From positions 87,659,235-87,723,234 of the forward strand of contig JARFYF010000074.1 in NCBI GenBank assembly GCA_030265395.1: 64,000 nt of DNA, given 5' to 3'. Under the pieces are notes generated by a model. The model worked only from the letters and a program-made list of their open reading frames with translations, did not search any database and was not told the DNA's origin. This DNA comes from Rhina ancylostomus. Lineage: Eukaryota. Position numbers and translations under genes: made by a program. Each line of letters begins with the position of its first letter. The stretch's first letter is position 1. Positions 23,301 through 36,525 of this stretch are shown here, piece after piece.

Positions 23301-24394
23301 TTTCAATGGGTTTGTTATGCTTGTCATTGCCCAGTCTGCAGAAATTGTGCTTTCCAAACCAGCACTCAGCAGCCAAAGCACTGGGTTCCGTGCACTGGCT
23401 TTCCAAGCCATTTTTCTCTATGCATTAATCTCAAGGAGTATTAAGGTACAAGTGTACAATTCTGGTGCATCCTACTTTATGCTAGTGACAGCTAGCCAAC
23501 AGCTAAATTAATCAGTTGCAGACTCGATGCTTTTGAGACGCATAATTTATGACACTCAGAGAATCATCAATGGCCTGACTTTATCAGAAATGACAACAAC
23601 CATTAATGCATGCAGTTCCATGAATCTACCTGCTGGGTCCAGCTTCCTGTAATGATTAGGTCATCTCACGCCTATGGAAATTTTCTAGCCTTCAAGACAG
23701 ATATTTAATGTCAACCATCTATCCTAGCTCACCACTCTCACCCCTACCTCCACTTTTGATGCCTGGAGTCTCTCATGTAGTCAAGCAGGGTGTTGAAGTC
23801 AGACTGTATCAAACAAGATCTAGGTACCCCATGGGTTACAAGAGATATAACGTTCATCTCATCAATAGAAAATAGTTTGGTGCCATCCTATCAGTCAGCC
23901 ATAAGGCCACATATTTTGCAGCTATATGTACATAAACTAAAAACATGTATAGAAAGCTTCACCTTTTGACATAGATAAAACTGAAAACTGTAAATCTGAT
24001 GTGAAAACAAAATTGCTGGAAAACAAATCAAGTCAATCAGCCTCTAATATAGAAAGACAGGTTAGCATTTCATTAAAAGTCTTTAACTCTTCTTCAGTTA
24101 GCTTGCGGCAAAGAATTCCAAATTTTTACTACCTCTTCCATATCTTCTTTGAACTTCACTTCTAATTCTTCATTCACTTCAAACCATGCCTTCATGTTAT
24201 TGTTCTCAGATTACTAATGATTATTCATCTCATCATCAACAGTGTTTCACTATGTTGAAAATTTCTATCAGGTCGTCTTGTAACTTGCTGAACTATAGTG
24301 AAAAAATGCTGATTTCTCAAATTTCTATTTACACCTGTAACTTTATATCTCCGTTAGCATCATTACAAACTTAAATTACACATGTGAAAATCAA

Positions 24395-24530
24395 AAGAAA
24401 CTACAGATACTGGAAATCTGAAATAAAAACCAAATGCTGGCAACACTCAGCAGGGCAGGCAATGTCTGTGAAAAGAGAAATTGAGTTAACATTTCAGGTC
24501 AAAGACCTTTCTGATCTTTGACCTTTGTTC
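24395..24530 (-). mobile_element. Penelope-derived short repeat
   Basis: 'ctacagatactggaaatctgaaataaaaaccaaatgctggcaacactcagcagggcaggc...gagttaacatttcaggtcaaagacc'; a weaker copy lies at ~23985-24085. Confidence 0.65.
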
Positions 24531-25732
24531 CTTTTTTATAGAATCATAGAATTTTCTGACATCAAAACTGTAGTTCTCTTTCACATTACTAATAATATAC
24601 AGTTCAAGTCCAATATTTCTTGTGTTTTAACTTTTAGAAATACAAGATATCAATGGTTGCATGGTTAACATTATCCATCCAATATAATATTAATCTATCT
24701 AATTCTAAATGAGACTTGGTTTGTTCTCTTCTATTCTTGAATTTGGTTTAGAGCTCTTAACTAGTTGGTATTCAATAGCCTCAAAAGAAAAGCTGCTACT
24801 CAAACCAAACATATGCAAGAGCAGACTCTTTTGATAATCAATTCAAATTTATGCACATATCAATGCCAAGACTACAGATAGCAAAAGTCATTTTTTTGAA
24901 ACTGCAAAAAGGTTTCTTAGACCAAAAAACAATTTCTGTCAGTTAAACAAAACAACTAAACACAAATCCAAACAAAAAAAAAGATATATAAATAATTTCA
25001 TAACATTACACAAACCTGTTCATTGTATGCCAGGGAACACTTAAGCATGAGTGATCATAATTTCATTAAATTCAATATTGTGGCAAGGGAACCTGAAACA
25101 AGTAACACAAGATTTTTTAAGAGCTGTTTCTGAAGCTGCATAGGTCATGGTAAAGAAAACAAATAGGAAAATAAATAGAAATGAAAATGAGTATGAATGG
25201 TATATGAATGGAGTACTGTTTAAGACATTTCAGAGCACACGTTAAATGGATAGAATCATGATGACCTCAGCAAATTAAACGACCAAAGATCTTGAATTTC
25301 TGTGCTTAGACTATGAAATGCAAAAGGCAAGGAATTACTAACAGATTTGGCCTTCCAAAACTGTTAGTAATGGAGGGATATGAATAGTTTTTAAATGACT
25401 CTGACATTTAGAGACATTTAGAAACTATTAAAATTGATGTGATTAAAAATATGACAAATTACTTATTTTTAAAAATGACAAATAAAAATACATAGGTCTT
25501 CCAACATATTTGTTGGATATCTGTCAGTTCGCTCCATCACTGCACACTCTGTGGAAATCAGCGGAAAAGTCCAGTCTTATGCTAGGGGAATCACCATTCA
25601 GATCTTACACTGTTATATGAGGGGCCCTGGTGCAGGATTCAAGACCCTAAGGTTTTCAATAGGAATTCTAAGGTAACTGATTAAAAGGCAAAGAGAAAGG
25701 TGATTTACTCATTTAAAAATACTTTAATTTAT

Positions 25733-26008
25733 ATCTTTATTAGACACATGTACATCAAAATACACGGTGAAATGCATCTTTTGTGTAGGGGGTTCTGGCA
25801 GCAGCCCACACTTGCGGTGCCAACACAGCATGCCCACAACTTCCCAACCCATACGTCTTTGGAATGTGGGAGGAAACCGGAGCACCCGGAGGACCCACAC
25901 AGACATGGGGAGAACGTACAAAATCCTTACAGACAGCAGCGGGAATTGAACCCAGGTCGCTGGCACTGTAATAGCATTACACTAACCGCTACACTACCAT
26001 GCCTGCCC
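25733..26008 (-). mobile_element. Full-length tRNA-derived V-SINE (non-CR1 tail)
   Basis: Reverse complement aligns along its length with 52744-53045 (tRNA head, V-domain, 'gtacatgtg...aataaagat' tail). Confidence 0.9.
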
Positions 26009-26929
26009 TCTACATTACCATGCCTATTTAATGTTTTTAATTATTTTAACGTATTTTATGTGCTTTTGTTTTCATTTTTAAAAAATCTGATATTTTTTAT
26101 CACATCAATAGTTTTTATGCATTCTGCATGTCAGAGGCATTTGTGTTTTCATAGTTAGCAAATATCTAACCTGAGGTTTGCCAGTGTCAAAGGGTGTCAG
26201 GGAACAAGCCTGGTCACCATCCAGACCAACACTGGACTCTAAGCTGCAGAAGTTCAGTGAGCTAGCTTCTCCATATCTGCCCCAGGTAAGTGCAGATGAA
26301 TTTAGTCCAGGAAGATCTGACCAGGATTAAAATGAGAACAAGATCATAAGGTTAGGGAAGAGATCAGAATATGATCTTTAAAAGCAATGATTTAGGAATA
26401 GAAAGACATGATAAAAGATGTAAAGTAGAAGAAACAACAAAAAGGAAACACACAATTGGTGAAATAAAATTGACATTAGAAAATAAGCATTGTCCTTTGG
26501 ATGTACCCAGGGGAGAAAGTATGAAAGGCCATTGCCATTAGGAAATTGACTGGGTCAGGTGGAGATCTGGTTTTGGACTGTGCCTGGCTTTTCATTTCAT
26601 TGAGAGCAAAGGAGTGGTGACATTTGGTGGAATATAAAACCAGTGTTGCATCCATTCCTGTAGGATTTCTTTTGGTGAATTTGGTTAAAATGACTCTTAA
26701 TGCAGCATTTGAACATCCCAAACAGGTCGCTGGTCTCTTTTTTTCCACCATATTGAAAGCATATTTTTATCAGATAACTGCTAAGTAAACACTGAAGTTT
26801 GGCTCACTGACTGTCAGAGGTCTGACCTGGGCAGAGAATTACATGTTTATTTTCACATTTCAAGATTTCTTTCCCATTTGACCTAGAAGGGATTATAGTT
26901 CATGTCTTGATATTTCAATGAAATTGAAT

Positions 26930-27390
26930 TTGGTCTCCAAAGGGTTAACCCAGTTTTATACACACAATCACTCAGATTCAAGTGCAAGTTCAAATACAGC
27001 AGTTAATAAAATTGTTTATACTTATGTTACTACATCTATTTGAGGCAATCAGATTGGTTGCTGGCTCATTATAAAAAGTTAACTATAATATTGGATTTGT
27101 TTCATTCATTAAGCATAGCAGCTTTTGGGAATTTTGTTGCTCTGGTCCTTATACTAAGAGGTGTGGTAGGTTTATGAGCTAAGGTTTCAGCTTTGATTAG
27201 CAACTTGATGAACCAATCCTCAGACCGCCAGGGAAAGGAGCCATTTTGAAATTTGGCTTCTTTCTGTTTTCCTTGAGTGAAAGTAAGTCAATTGGGTTCA
27301 AACTATGGGTCTGCAATCTTGGGCGGGGCAAAGAGATCCTTCTTCTAAAACTATCTCTAATTAATTCAGTACTAATTGGACATAAGGTAA
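26930..27390 (+). promoter_or_regulatory. Candidate tissue-specific promoter or enhancer
   Basis: Repeat-free motif cluster: DR1-like AAGTGCAAGTTCA (~26980), GTTAAT (27002), TGTTTAT (27013), TGAGGCAAT (27041), GATTGGTT (27052), TATAAAAA (27070), AACCAATC (27211), GGGCGGGG (27321); donors GTAAGT (27283) and GTAAGA (27387). Confidence 0.35.
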
Positions 27391-28059
27391 GATTGTTTTT
27401 AAAAAGAACAAAGTTTGTATAATATTTTTACTATTGTGGGGAGCATTACAAAATACATTGATTTACAAAGAAAATGAGTTTTGATCGATCATTTATTTCA
27501 TAAAACAGTTTGTTGGTCTTTATTTAGCCATCGTAATATTTTACCTTTACAATGCTGATGAATCTCCCTCTTTGGAAAATAGAAGAAACACACTTGAGGA
27601 GGTGTATGAGATCACTGTATCCAATATATCTAGTGAGAGATTACACTATTACCTTTGTGTCAGTAAGAAAATAATTCTGATTTTAGGATACATGATAACC
27701 ACTGATGAATTACTGGTAATGCTGAACTGCATAAGATATGTAGTATTGATCTAACATAAATAACAATTTCATATTCAGGATTTGGGTGTCCACCATAATT
27801 GGTTGTATTGAGGCAAGCAAAGAGGTCTGTGCCAGCTAGTGGTGGAAACACTATTTGATAAGGTATTGTGTGCTAATGCTTTAGTCAGGAGGATGGTGAC
27901 AAAACACATTTTATGATAAATTGTGTTTCTGATCAAGATTGCCTAATGTATGTCCATGAGGACTGAAACCTGCATTTCTGAATTATTTAAATATCAACCA
28001 ATTATTATCATGGGGCAGGCCACTTTGAAATCAAGTTAGTTTCACGATGACAAGAAGAC

Positions 28060-28160
28060 TACACTTGTGGGCTGCCCCGGAACAAATCTACGCAAAAGGC
28101 GCATGACATTTCACTGTGTGTTTCGATGTACATGTGACTAATAAAGATATCTGATCTTAT
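28060..28160 (+). mobile_element. 3' tail of the V-SINE family seen at 52744
   Basis: 'acacttgtgggctgcccc...tttcactgtgtgtttcgatgtacatgtgactaataaagat'. Confidence 0.8.
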
Positions 28161-28334
28161 CTCTGGTGATTAAGCAGCTGACCTAGAAGGACAATGTCTT
28201 ATTGAAGACTGGGATTCTTTCCCATCAGCTACAAGCCAATTGTGTTACCCATAACTGATCAAGGAGCAGGATGTGTAATAACATTCATTGTGGCTTGTCA
28301 GCACAATCTTAGTTGTTTAACTTACTTATTACAC

Positions 28335-28685
28335 CAGTTAAAAAGGCCATTTGACACTTTGGTTCTATGCTGGCTCCTAGCAGAACAATCCCATTTGATC
28401 TGTCTCTATTTCCCTTCTAGCCCTACAACTTACTTTCTCTTGCATGCCCATCAATACCACATTGATTCTTTTGCCATTTACTTATATTAATGGGTAATGT
28501 ACAGTAGCAAACTAACTTATTAGCCTCTCTGTGGGATGTGGGAGGAAATTGGCCATGCTGGGCAAACCCACAAGGTCACAGGGAGGACATGCACATTCCA
28601 CACAATCGTACCCAAGGTCAGGATTGAACCCAGGTCACTGGAGCTGTGAGGTAGCAGTACTAACTCTGCACCACTATGCCACCCA
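28335..28685 (-). mobile_element. HE1-like V-SINE
   Basis: 'ggatgtgggaggaaa...aaacccacaaggtcacagggaggacatgcac...aggattgaacccaggtcactggagctgtgagg' (reverse V-domain and B-box). Confidence 0.8.
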
Positions 28686-29159
28686 TAACAACAGCTAGTA
28701 CAGCATACTTAAGCTTAATCAATGAAGATTAATTAATTGAATCCTTGCCCTCTCTGCATCTAGCACATTAGAACACCTTAGAACATAGAACAGGACAGCA
28801 CAGGAACAGGAGCTTCAGCCCACAATGTCTGTGCAGATCTTGATGCCAACTTCCCTCATTCAAAAATCCTGAATGTAGGAGGCAATTTAGCATTGGTTTA
28901 CAAGCAGGTATATGGTGGAAAGTCAATTTGTTGAATAAAAGGCTTAGACTGACTAAACTTGCCTTGTTAATGATCCAAGTAGAGTGCAGAAAAAAGTAAC
29001 ATTTTATCACATTAAAAACATATTTCTGTCATCCATTGTGCCATCTAATCCTGATAAATTAGATCTCAATGAAGATTCTTCACTTTTCTGCCCATCTCGA
29101 GTAAATTAGATTTCAGCTTGCCCATTACTTATTCCATAAAGGTACATAGATGTCCAATT

Positions 29160-30058
29160 GAATTATTCCTTTACCCACAGAGACATGGAAGAAAATTCTT
29201 TAATTAGTTAATACATCCTCAATGTGTGCCAGACACTCTTTGATACAATTTAAGGTGGTTCACAGGACCCTGATGTAGAAGGACAAGTTAGCATGTTTTT
29301 ATCACCATATAAATCCTATATGTGACAGATGTAAGTCGAGGGTGGCTTCCCTGACACATATGTTTTGGTCCTGCCCTCTTCTGGAAAAATATTGGAAAGA
29401 CATTTTTAACATTATTTCAACTGTATTGAATATTGCTCTACAACCTCACCCTATCGTTGCAATTTCTGGGCTACCAAGGATGGAATCTGGCCACTTATCT
29501 GCTTCTGCTTGCTGTATGATTGCCTTTGTCACATTAATGGCCAAGCGATCCATTTTATCTAAATGGAAGGATCCAATACCTCCCACCACTTTTCAATGGT
29601 TTTCTTAAACTATATCATGTTTAAACGTAGAAAAAATTAGGAGTGGCACTGTTGATTCTTCACTTAAATTTGAGGAAGTTTGGAGTCCATTTATTCAATA
29701 TTTTCATATGATTATAGATCCCTTTTCAATAATCTTTGAACTTAGAGGAGCAGAGTTGATGACATCATAATGCTCTTTGTTCATCGAGAAATATCAGTCC
29801 AGTTTTTTCTTTTGAATTTTTTTAGTTTGCTTTGAATTATTACTTATTTTTTATTTGGGTTTTTAATTATACAATAAATCTTTTTCTTTCTTTTCTGTAT
29901 TATATTCGCTTACTGAGAGACCGTGGGGTCTAGAATTTTTTTTATTCTTTATGATTAGATATGTCATGACTATCCTCCCGATCTCTTTGTATCATGTGTA
30001 TAATTATTGATATATATATAAATCTGTAATAGTTTGAAAATTAAAAGTTTGGAAAAAA
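29160..30058 (+). mobile_element. L1/Tx1-type LINE, ORF2 C-terminus plus 3' UTR
   Basis: CDRCKSRVASLTHMFWSC CCHC zinc knuckle followed by LEKYWKDIF...KWK..PP...W; T-rich 3' UTR ending in an A-rich tail. Confidence 0.85.
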
Positions 30059-30455
30059 GGGATGTCATATCTGCAGTGTTCTCTGACCGTCACATCTTCC
30101 TTCAGTATCATTTAATGATCATTTATGTCTTATGAAATGCCTTCATTAGAAAAAGTCAGCTTCTAATCAAAGATTAGCTAAATGACTGTTGCCAGACACT
30201 CTGAACTGTTAAGAGTCATCTATAATTTCATCACCCAACTGGATTAGGTTTTACTGGGGCCTTGGATGAAAATCTGAAGGCCACCCAGGTAGAACTGATG
30301 CATGTAGAAGCATTAAGTGTTTTGCATGGTGCATTAATAAATAAAGCATAAATTTATGCCCCTGCCCCACCCAGATAAGCTGTCTGTCCTGCCCAAGGTG
30401 TTGAGCTTCACCCAATGACCTGACCTGTGACCCTGTTGCACTTGTTCTCCCCCAC

Positions 30456-30529
30456 TGTCATGGTTCTGAGTTCTGGTCCTCAATTTGGCTCCATTAATGC
30501 CTTGTTGTCCAGCACATGGATTCCATGCT
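30456..30529. mobile_element. LTR end (same family as 44654-44926), truncated by N gap
   Basis: Starts TGTCATGGTTCTGAG and is near-identical to 44654-44727. Confidence 0.75.
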
Positions 30530-30629
30530 NNNNNNNNNNNNNNNNNNNNNNNNNNNNNNNNNNNNNNNNNNNNNNNNNNNNNNNNNNNNNNNNNNNNNNN
30601 NNNNNNNNNNNNNNNNNNNNNNNNNNNNN

Positions 30630-30762
30630 TTATTCTTTATGATTATATATGTCATGATTGTCCTCCCGATCTCTTTGTATCACAAGTATAATCATTGATG
30701 TTACATATATTAATCTCTATTAATTTGAAAATTAATAAAAATATTGAAAAAGAAAGAAAGAA
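30630..30762 (+). mobile_element. L1/Tx1 3' end (second copy)
   Basis: Closely matches ~29943-30058 ('tcctcccgatctctttgtatca...tttgaaaattaa'), with AATAAA and an A-rich tail. Confidence 0.8.
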
Positions 30763-31297
30763 TTATTCCTGGAAATGATTTAATTGTTAGCCAGTTAACA
30801 TGGCATGGGATTCTGTCAGCAGCAGTGGCCAAGAGATGAATGGACAATAAAAATGATATTTTTGAGGCAGGAACTTAGGACTTCAATAATCATTAAGCTT
30901 ATTAAGAGTGTGTTTTCAATGTTCTCTCACAAACTTTGAATTCCTGCTTATGCCCCAGTTATTTTAGTTGTGGCCATGAAATTGGGAGAATTCCCTTCTT
31001 TTTCCAACGTTTCAACTCCCAGTTCAGTTGTACATCCAAAGAACAGAATACAACATTCACTCCATTAATACAACACTCACTTAAGCACTGCATTGAAATA
31101 TCAACAGTGTGAATTTATGCAACATCTTTAACACAGAGACTGACCCAGAAACTATCAAAGTGTTAGAAAACAAAAAATTGACACTGAGTACATAAGGAAA
31201 TATTAGTCTGATGAGCAAAATCTCAGACTAAGGGGTGGTTTTAGGGAGCATCTTAAAGGAAGAGGGTTGAAGAGGTTCAGGAAAGGNNNNNNNNNNA

Positions 31298-31595
31298 GCT
31301 CTGGCCCACTCTATCCCTTGAGCCTACTCTGCCATTCAGCAGGATCATGGCTAATCTGATTATAACCTCAATTCTACATACCTGTCTATACCCCTTGCAT
31401 CCTTTTGCTTATCAAGGACCTATCTCTCCCTGCCTTAAAAATGTGTTGCTTCACTGCCCTTTGAGGAAGTTTCAAATACTCGTGACCAGCTGAGAGTCTG
31501 CTTAATTCTGTCTTAAAGGGATGATCCCTTATTTTTAAACAATGATACCCCACATTCATTGCAGATTCTTGCATAAAAAGAAACATCCTCTCCAT
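31298..31595 (-). mobile_element. Older CR1 3' fragment
   Basis: Minus ORF MERMF...HCLKIRDHPFKTE; tail 'cccttgagcctactctgccattc..gatcatggct'. Confidence 0.8.
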
Positions 31596-33174
31596 GGGTG
31601 AAATATAAACAACAGCTCATTTGTATTCTCTTTGCTTGGTGCTGGAAGGAATGGGTAGGAGGGTTGGTGGTGGAAGAGTGGGTAGGAGGGTTGGCAGTGC
31701 AGGGATGGGGTCTCCTAGGCCTTGGGTGTTGTCATACACCTCAGCACTTGGGCTTTGGTGAATGCAATCCATCCCATAGTGAAAGTACGCAGCATTGGCC
31801 AACAGATTTCTCCACGGCTGGTCTAGAAGTGGCTTGTTTGGAGTTCTATGCCTGTAAGACAGGCACACAACTATAAAAAAGTTGTATTGGTATAGATCTA
31901 GGAGTGGCTTATAAATTTTGTTCTAGTTAAAATGCATCAGAACTTATAAAGAAGCAGCACCATTTTCATACTGCATATGCCTAATGCTTTCCACAAGCAA
32001 TGTTTGCACTAAAACATGAGGTGAGCATGGAACCTGAGTGATACAAATCATATCTGCACTAATTAAGGTCCAAGCTAATGTGATGACATCCAACAACTGA
32101 TTTGAAATGTTGATAATTTAGTGTCAACTATAGTTGCATGAAATGTATCACTTATATACCATTTTCTTTCAGATGACTCAGCCACTATTTAATGAATTGT
32201 AGGAACTGACCTTCAGGTTTAATAGGCCAAATTCTGAACATAATTACAGATGATAGAAAACTGCAAAATATACCAGATTGCAAGTATGAGTCATTCAGTG
32301 ACTTTTTAAACTACTGAACAAAAAAACACTCTTCAAAATACATTTTGAATTATTTAAGGTATAAAATTCATCCATTATAATAATATTTGAGAATTTGCTA
32401 TTATTATATTTCACACTGAAACCATTAATTCCCTTTCACTCAAAAAAAAAGAAAATCCATGTGATATACAGTAATCTAGTGCTATTAAAGAGCAGAGTAA
32501 AAGATATTAGAAAACAGCAGATATAGTCAATATTGAAAATGGTCTTCTTACTTATATTTAAGACAATAACAGCATAAAAATGTGGATCATAGAATAACAT
32601 ACAATCTAAATGGTTAATTTTATTGACCTCACTAATATCACATTCTTCAATATTGTGATATAGTGTTCCCCATCACTTTAATTTTATTTCCTTCTCATAT
32701 CTTTTTTAATTCAAAAAGAGTTTCTTTTCACATCTACTATAATAGAAAATACATCTACAATCATTTGGAATATACTACTCATGCCTAATATTTGTGAGTT
32801 CCTTCCAGTTAATGTTGGTAAAACTAGAGCTAGAACCTTTGAACTAATACCTGGATTCCACCAATTCATGTGTAGCCTGGAGGTGCAAAACTTGGGGAAG
32901 TAACCCTGCTTCAGTTTGAATTTCTGTATTCACCACAAATTCTGCCTTCTTTTATTAAACTACTCTATTAAAAGCCCTCCCTGCCCCATATGCGGTCTTA
33001 ATGTATTAGGTACCTTGAAGCTTGACCTCTTTCATGTTCTTCTTTCCAACCTTCTCATCTCACCTCTATAAATTATAATTACTTCAGAAAACTAGTCTCA
33101 CATCATCTCACATGGGTTGGGTGGAGGGAAAGCTTACCTTGGATGCTATGGTGGAAGTTATGGAAAAAAAGGGT

Positions 33175-33610
33175 TGTATTTATGTAATCCCTTTCACATT
33201 CCTTTCAGCACACCTCAATGCCAATGAAGGATTTTGAAGTGTTGTCACCACTGTAATGCTCATTATTACATTGTTGTTTACAGCACAGCAAGGACCCATA
33301 AACAGCAACATAGTAATGAACAGATTTGTTTTAATAATATTCAATGAAGGATAAATATTGGACAGCATTTCACCCACTCTCCTTTGAAATAATAACGTGA
33401 TCTATCACATTCACTTGAGAGGACAGACATGGCCTCNNNNNNNNNNNNNNNNNNNNNNNNNNNNNNNNNNNNNNNNNNNNNNNNNNNNNNNNNNNNNNNN
33501 NNNNNNNNNNNNNNNNNNNNNNNNNNNNNNNNNNNNTAATAACGTGATCTATCACATACACTTGAGAGGACAGACCTGGCCTCAGTCTAATGTCTTACTT
33601 GAAAGACAAA
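33175..33610 (-). mobile_element. DeuSINE (SacSINE1-like) remnant spanning an N gap
   Basis: 'cacagcaaggacccataaacagcaac...ggataaatattggacag...cacttgagaggacagacctggcctcagtctaatgtc'. Confidence 0.75.
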
Positions 33611-36234
33611 TGTTATTAAACTTCTTCCTGAGCTGCAAAGTAGTCATGGGTTGTTAAGGAGGATGCACCCTGTGAGGTATCCTCTTCTGAAAGCATATCA
33701 TATGTTTCTGCATCTTAATTTGCTGATCCTCTTTGTTTTATTTCTGTTATCTCAGCTTGCTGTTATAATCCATGAAGTTTGCCACTCATTTCTTAGAGTT
33801 GATTATGTCAACTAAACTCTGTAATGGCGGTTTCATATCCTGCTGCACTAGATCTTTACCTCTCCTCCACATATTTCTGCCCTCCATCCCCAGTCACCTT
33901 CTCATTAGTAATCTCATGTATTTCCCAGCCAATGTATCTTGTGTCTATACATAGCCAATTGAGATCTAAATCTAGTCTCTTCATTATTTTTCATCCTTAT
34001 CTCCAAAGTTTCTGGAACATTGGACGGTGTAATCTCACAGTTTGCATAAGTCTCTGGCCCTGTAAAATTCTCTTATGCTAAATTGGATGGAAATCTCCAC
34101 TCTCTTAAAAATTCATCTTTCTAATGCCTAGTTGCTTTTACATTGCTGGACTTTCAAATAAATGTCTCTCTTGATGTACCCTTTATAGGGTTATGCTGCA
34201 CATAGCAAAGTGTGGTAAACATTTGGAATCTATGGTATTGCAATGCGTGAATGCTTTTGCTGTCATTCTTTTGCCATCGTGAGCATTCTGAATTCCAGTC
34301 TCGTGCTTGTGCTCTCATATCACAACTTCTTTTTAAGCAGATCTCATTTTTAAATCAGACAACTCATTTATTTCTCTATAGCTTTTGCCCATTGCCTACA
34401 TATTCCTACTCTCACTTCCTTCCTTTTGTTGCTTTAGTTCTGCCTGTTACTCTACAAAGCCTTTGCAGGTGGCTGCATATTCATGCAATTATTGTTTCAC
34501 CCAGATTAAATGAAAAGTATTCTGGATATTAGCAGTAATTTTTAAAACTGCAAAGGTTAGATCTGCATACCAGCTGTAAGTTTAAAGATAAGCCAGAGAC
34601 TAAAATTTCATTAACTATATTTCTCTGACTGTCCATTGACTCTCTGCTCCCTGACATTATGTAACTATTAATCTCTGTTCTTGCCAGGAACTTTGATCCA
34701 AAGTCTTCTGTTGATGGCCTTCTTTATCTCCGTTCCTGTTTTTGGCTTCTACATCTTTATAAAAGCTCTTGCTATCTCTTCCTCTCTATTTCTGTTTCAT
34801 CTTGTTCATGTTATCTTTGCATTATGCTTTTCCTTGCTCTTTGTATGTCCGTTGATCTGACTGTCTGTCTCTCTGACTCTCTGCAGACTGGGTACAGATG
34901 GCCACATATTCCTGCATTCACTGTCTGATAGAGAGTGCATGAGAAGAGACTGATTCTTTTTTTCTCTATTAATCGGCAACATCTGTGCAAACAAAGGGCT
35001 GAGAGTGACAGAGGGCTGGGTCCCTGCTGCTCAAGAGGCGCTTCCTAATGAACTCCATCCTGGACCAGCATTTCACCACACCCCACTAACAGACAACAGA
35101 AAGTGGAAAGCCAATAGACTCCATACACATCAATACACAGCTATAGACATCAGTGCCCATTAATATACAGTCTTACAGAATGATATTCAGCCACACACAG
35201 TCACTGGCTGGGATTATAGGGCACTTAATGGACTCTGTCTCAGTGCTGAAGATAGACCCTGGAGATTGTGTAAAACAAAATCTGACAGTGAGTAAGAGTA
35301 AAACAAAGAGAGGTGCAAGCAAAAGGAACGAGATGGACAGGGAGATATAACCAGCAATTAGTGAAATAGAGGAAAAAAAAGATGTGGCTAAAGAGACATT
35401 TATAAATGATTGAGATAAAATGAAGTAACGGGCAGAGATCAAGCAGATAAATCAGCAGAAATTAACAAATAGAACAAATAAAACAATAAAGTCCTTAGGA
35501 GACTGATGGTACTGTTATTACTATTCCTATGCTGATAAGACAATTGATCAATTGCATGTGAGTTACTGTTTCACCAACATCAGTGCATTGTACTTATCAT
35601 ATTACTAGTTTTATTCAATTTAAAAATGGTGCATAGTTGTAACATTTTTGCAGATTTCATTTACATTCAGTTTTTCCCATGATCACTGTTGAGACAAGTA
35701 ATCACAGTAGGAAGCAGTGGTTGGAAGTGTTGTTAGCACAGTGTTCATTTCAAACTGCATGCGGTTCTGAAAGAATTAGAATCTCTTCCAGGCTTCTGAA
35801 TAAATGATTTATCACTAAAATGGACAGACTGAGTTGAACACCATTAGATGAAAAAAATGGTTGGAAAATCCTTTCAAACACCCAACCACTGATCAAAAAG
35901 ACTTATCGTTATTTATCCTAGGCTCAGATGTTTTCTTGATGATCAGAAACTGAGAGAAGTTAAATTGAGAATTGTCAGTTGCATTCATAAGTATCCAATA
36001 AGGTACAATAATTTTTACTCTGCATGTAAATTTGTAGCATTCAAAAATTAAATGAATGATCTGATATTTTGGTGATGTTGATTGAGTATGGAATATTGGC
36101 CTCCACAAGAACAGTTGAAAAACATGCATAAGATTAAGATGAACATGCTCCAATAGTTCTCATAAACTTTGCTGTGTTGTTTGCTGTAGTTCACAGTTGT
36201 TTCCAGAAATTACACAGAGGAAAGCAGGGATATG

Positions 36235-36525
36235 GAGACACAGGAAACTGCAGATGCTGGCACTTGGAGCAAAAACAAGCTGCTGGAGGAACTCAGTGGG
36301 TCAGGTAGCATCTGCGGAGGCAAAGGGATAGTTGGAGGTTTCAGGCCAAGATCCTGCATTGGACTGAGAGTGTAAAAGGTAGGTAGCCAATATAAAGAGG
36401 TGAGGGGTAGGGATGAGGCGGGCTGGCAAGTGATAGTTGGATCTAGCTGAGGAGGGGTTAGCTGGCAGATGGAGTAAGGATGGGGAGGGAAAGGTGGAGA
36501 TAGCGACAGAGGCTGGGAGGTAGTA
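36235..36525 (-). mobile_element. Penelope-like terminal repeat with degenerate hammerhead-like motif
   Basis: 'actgcagatgctgg...gctgctggaggaactcagtgggtcaggtagcatctgcggagg' plus minus-strand agtc-CAATGCA-gga..cct-GAAA-cc-TC. Confidence 0.75.

Noticed and set aside
33390-33583. ~47-bp direct repeat on both sides of an N gap (similarly 56107-56139 versus 56880-56912)
   Set aside because: Most simply explained as overlapping contig ends or haplotype differences at a scaffold gap
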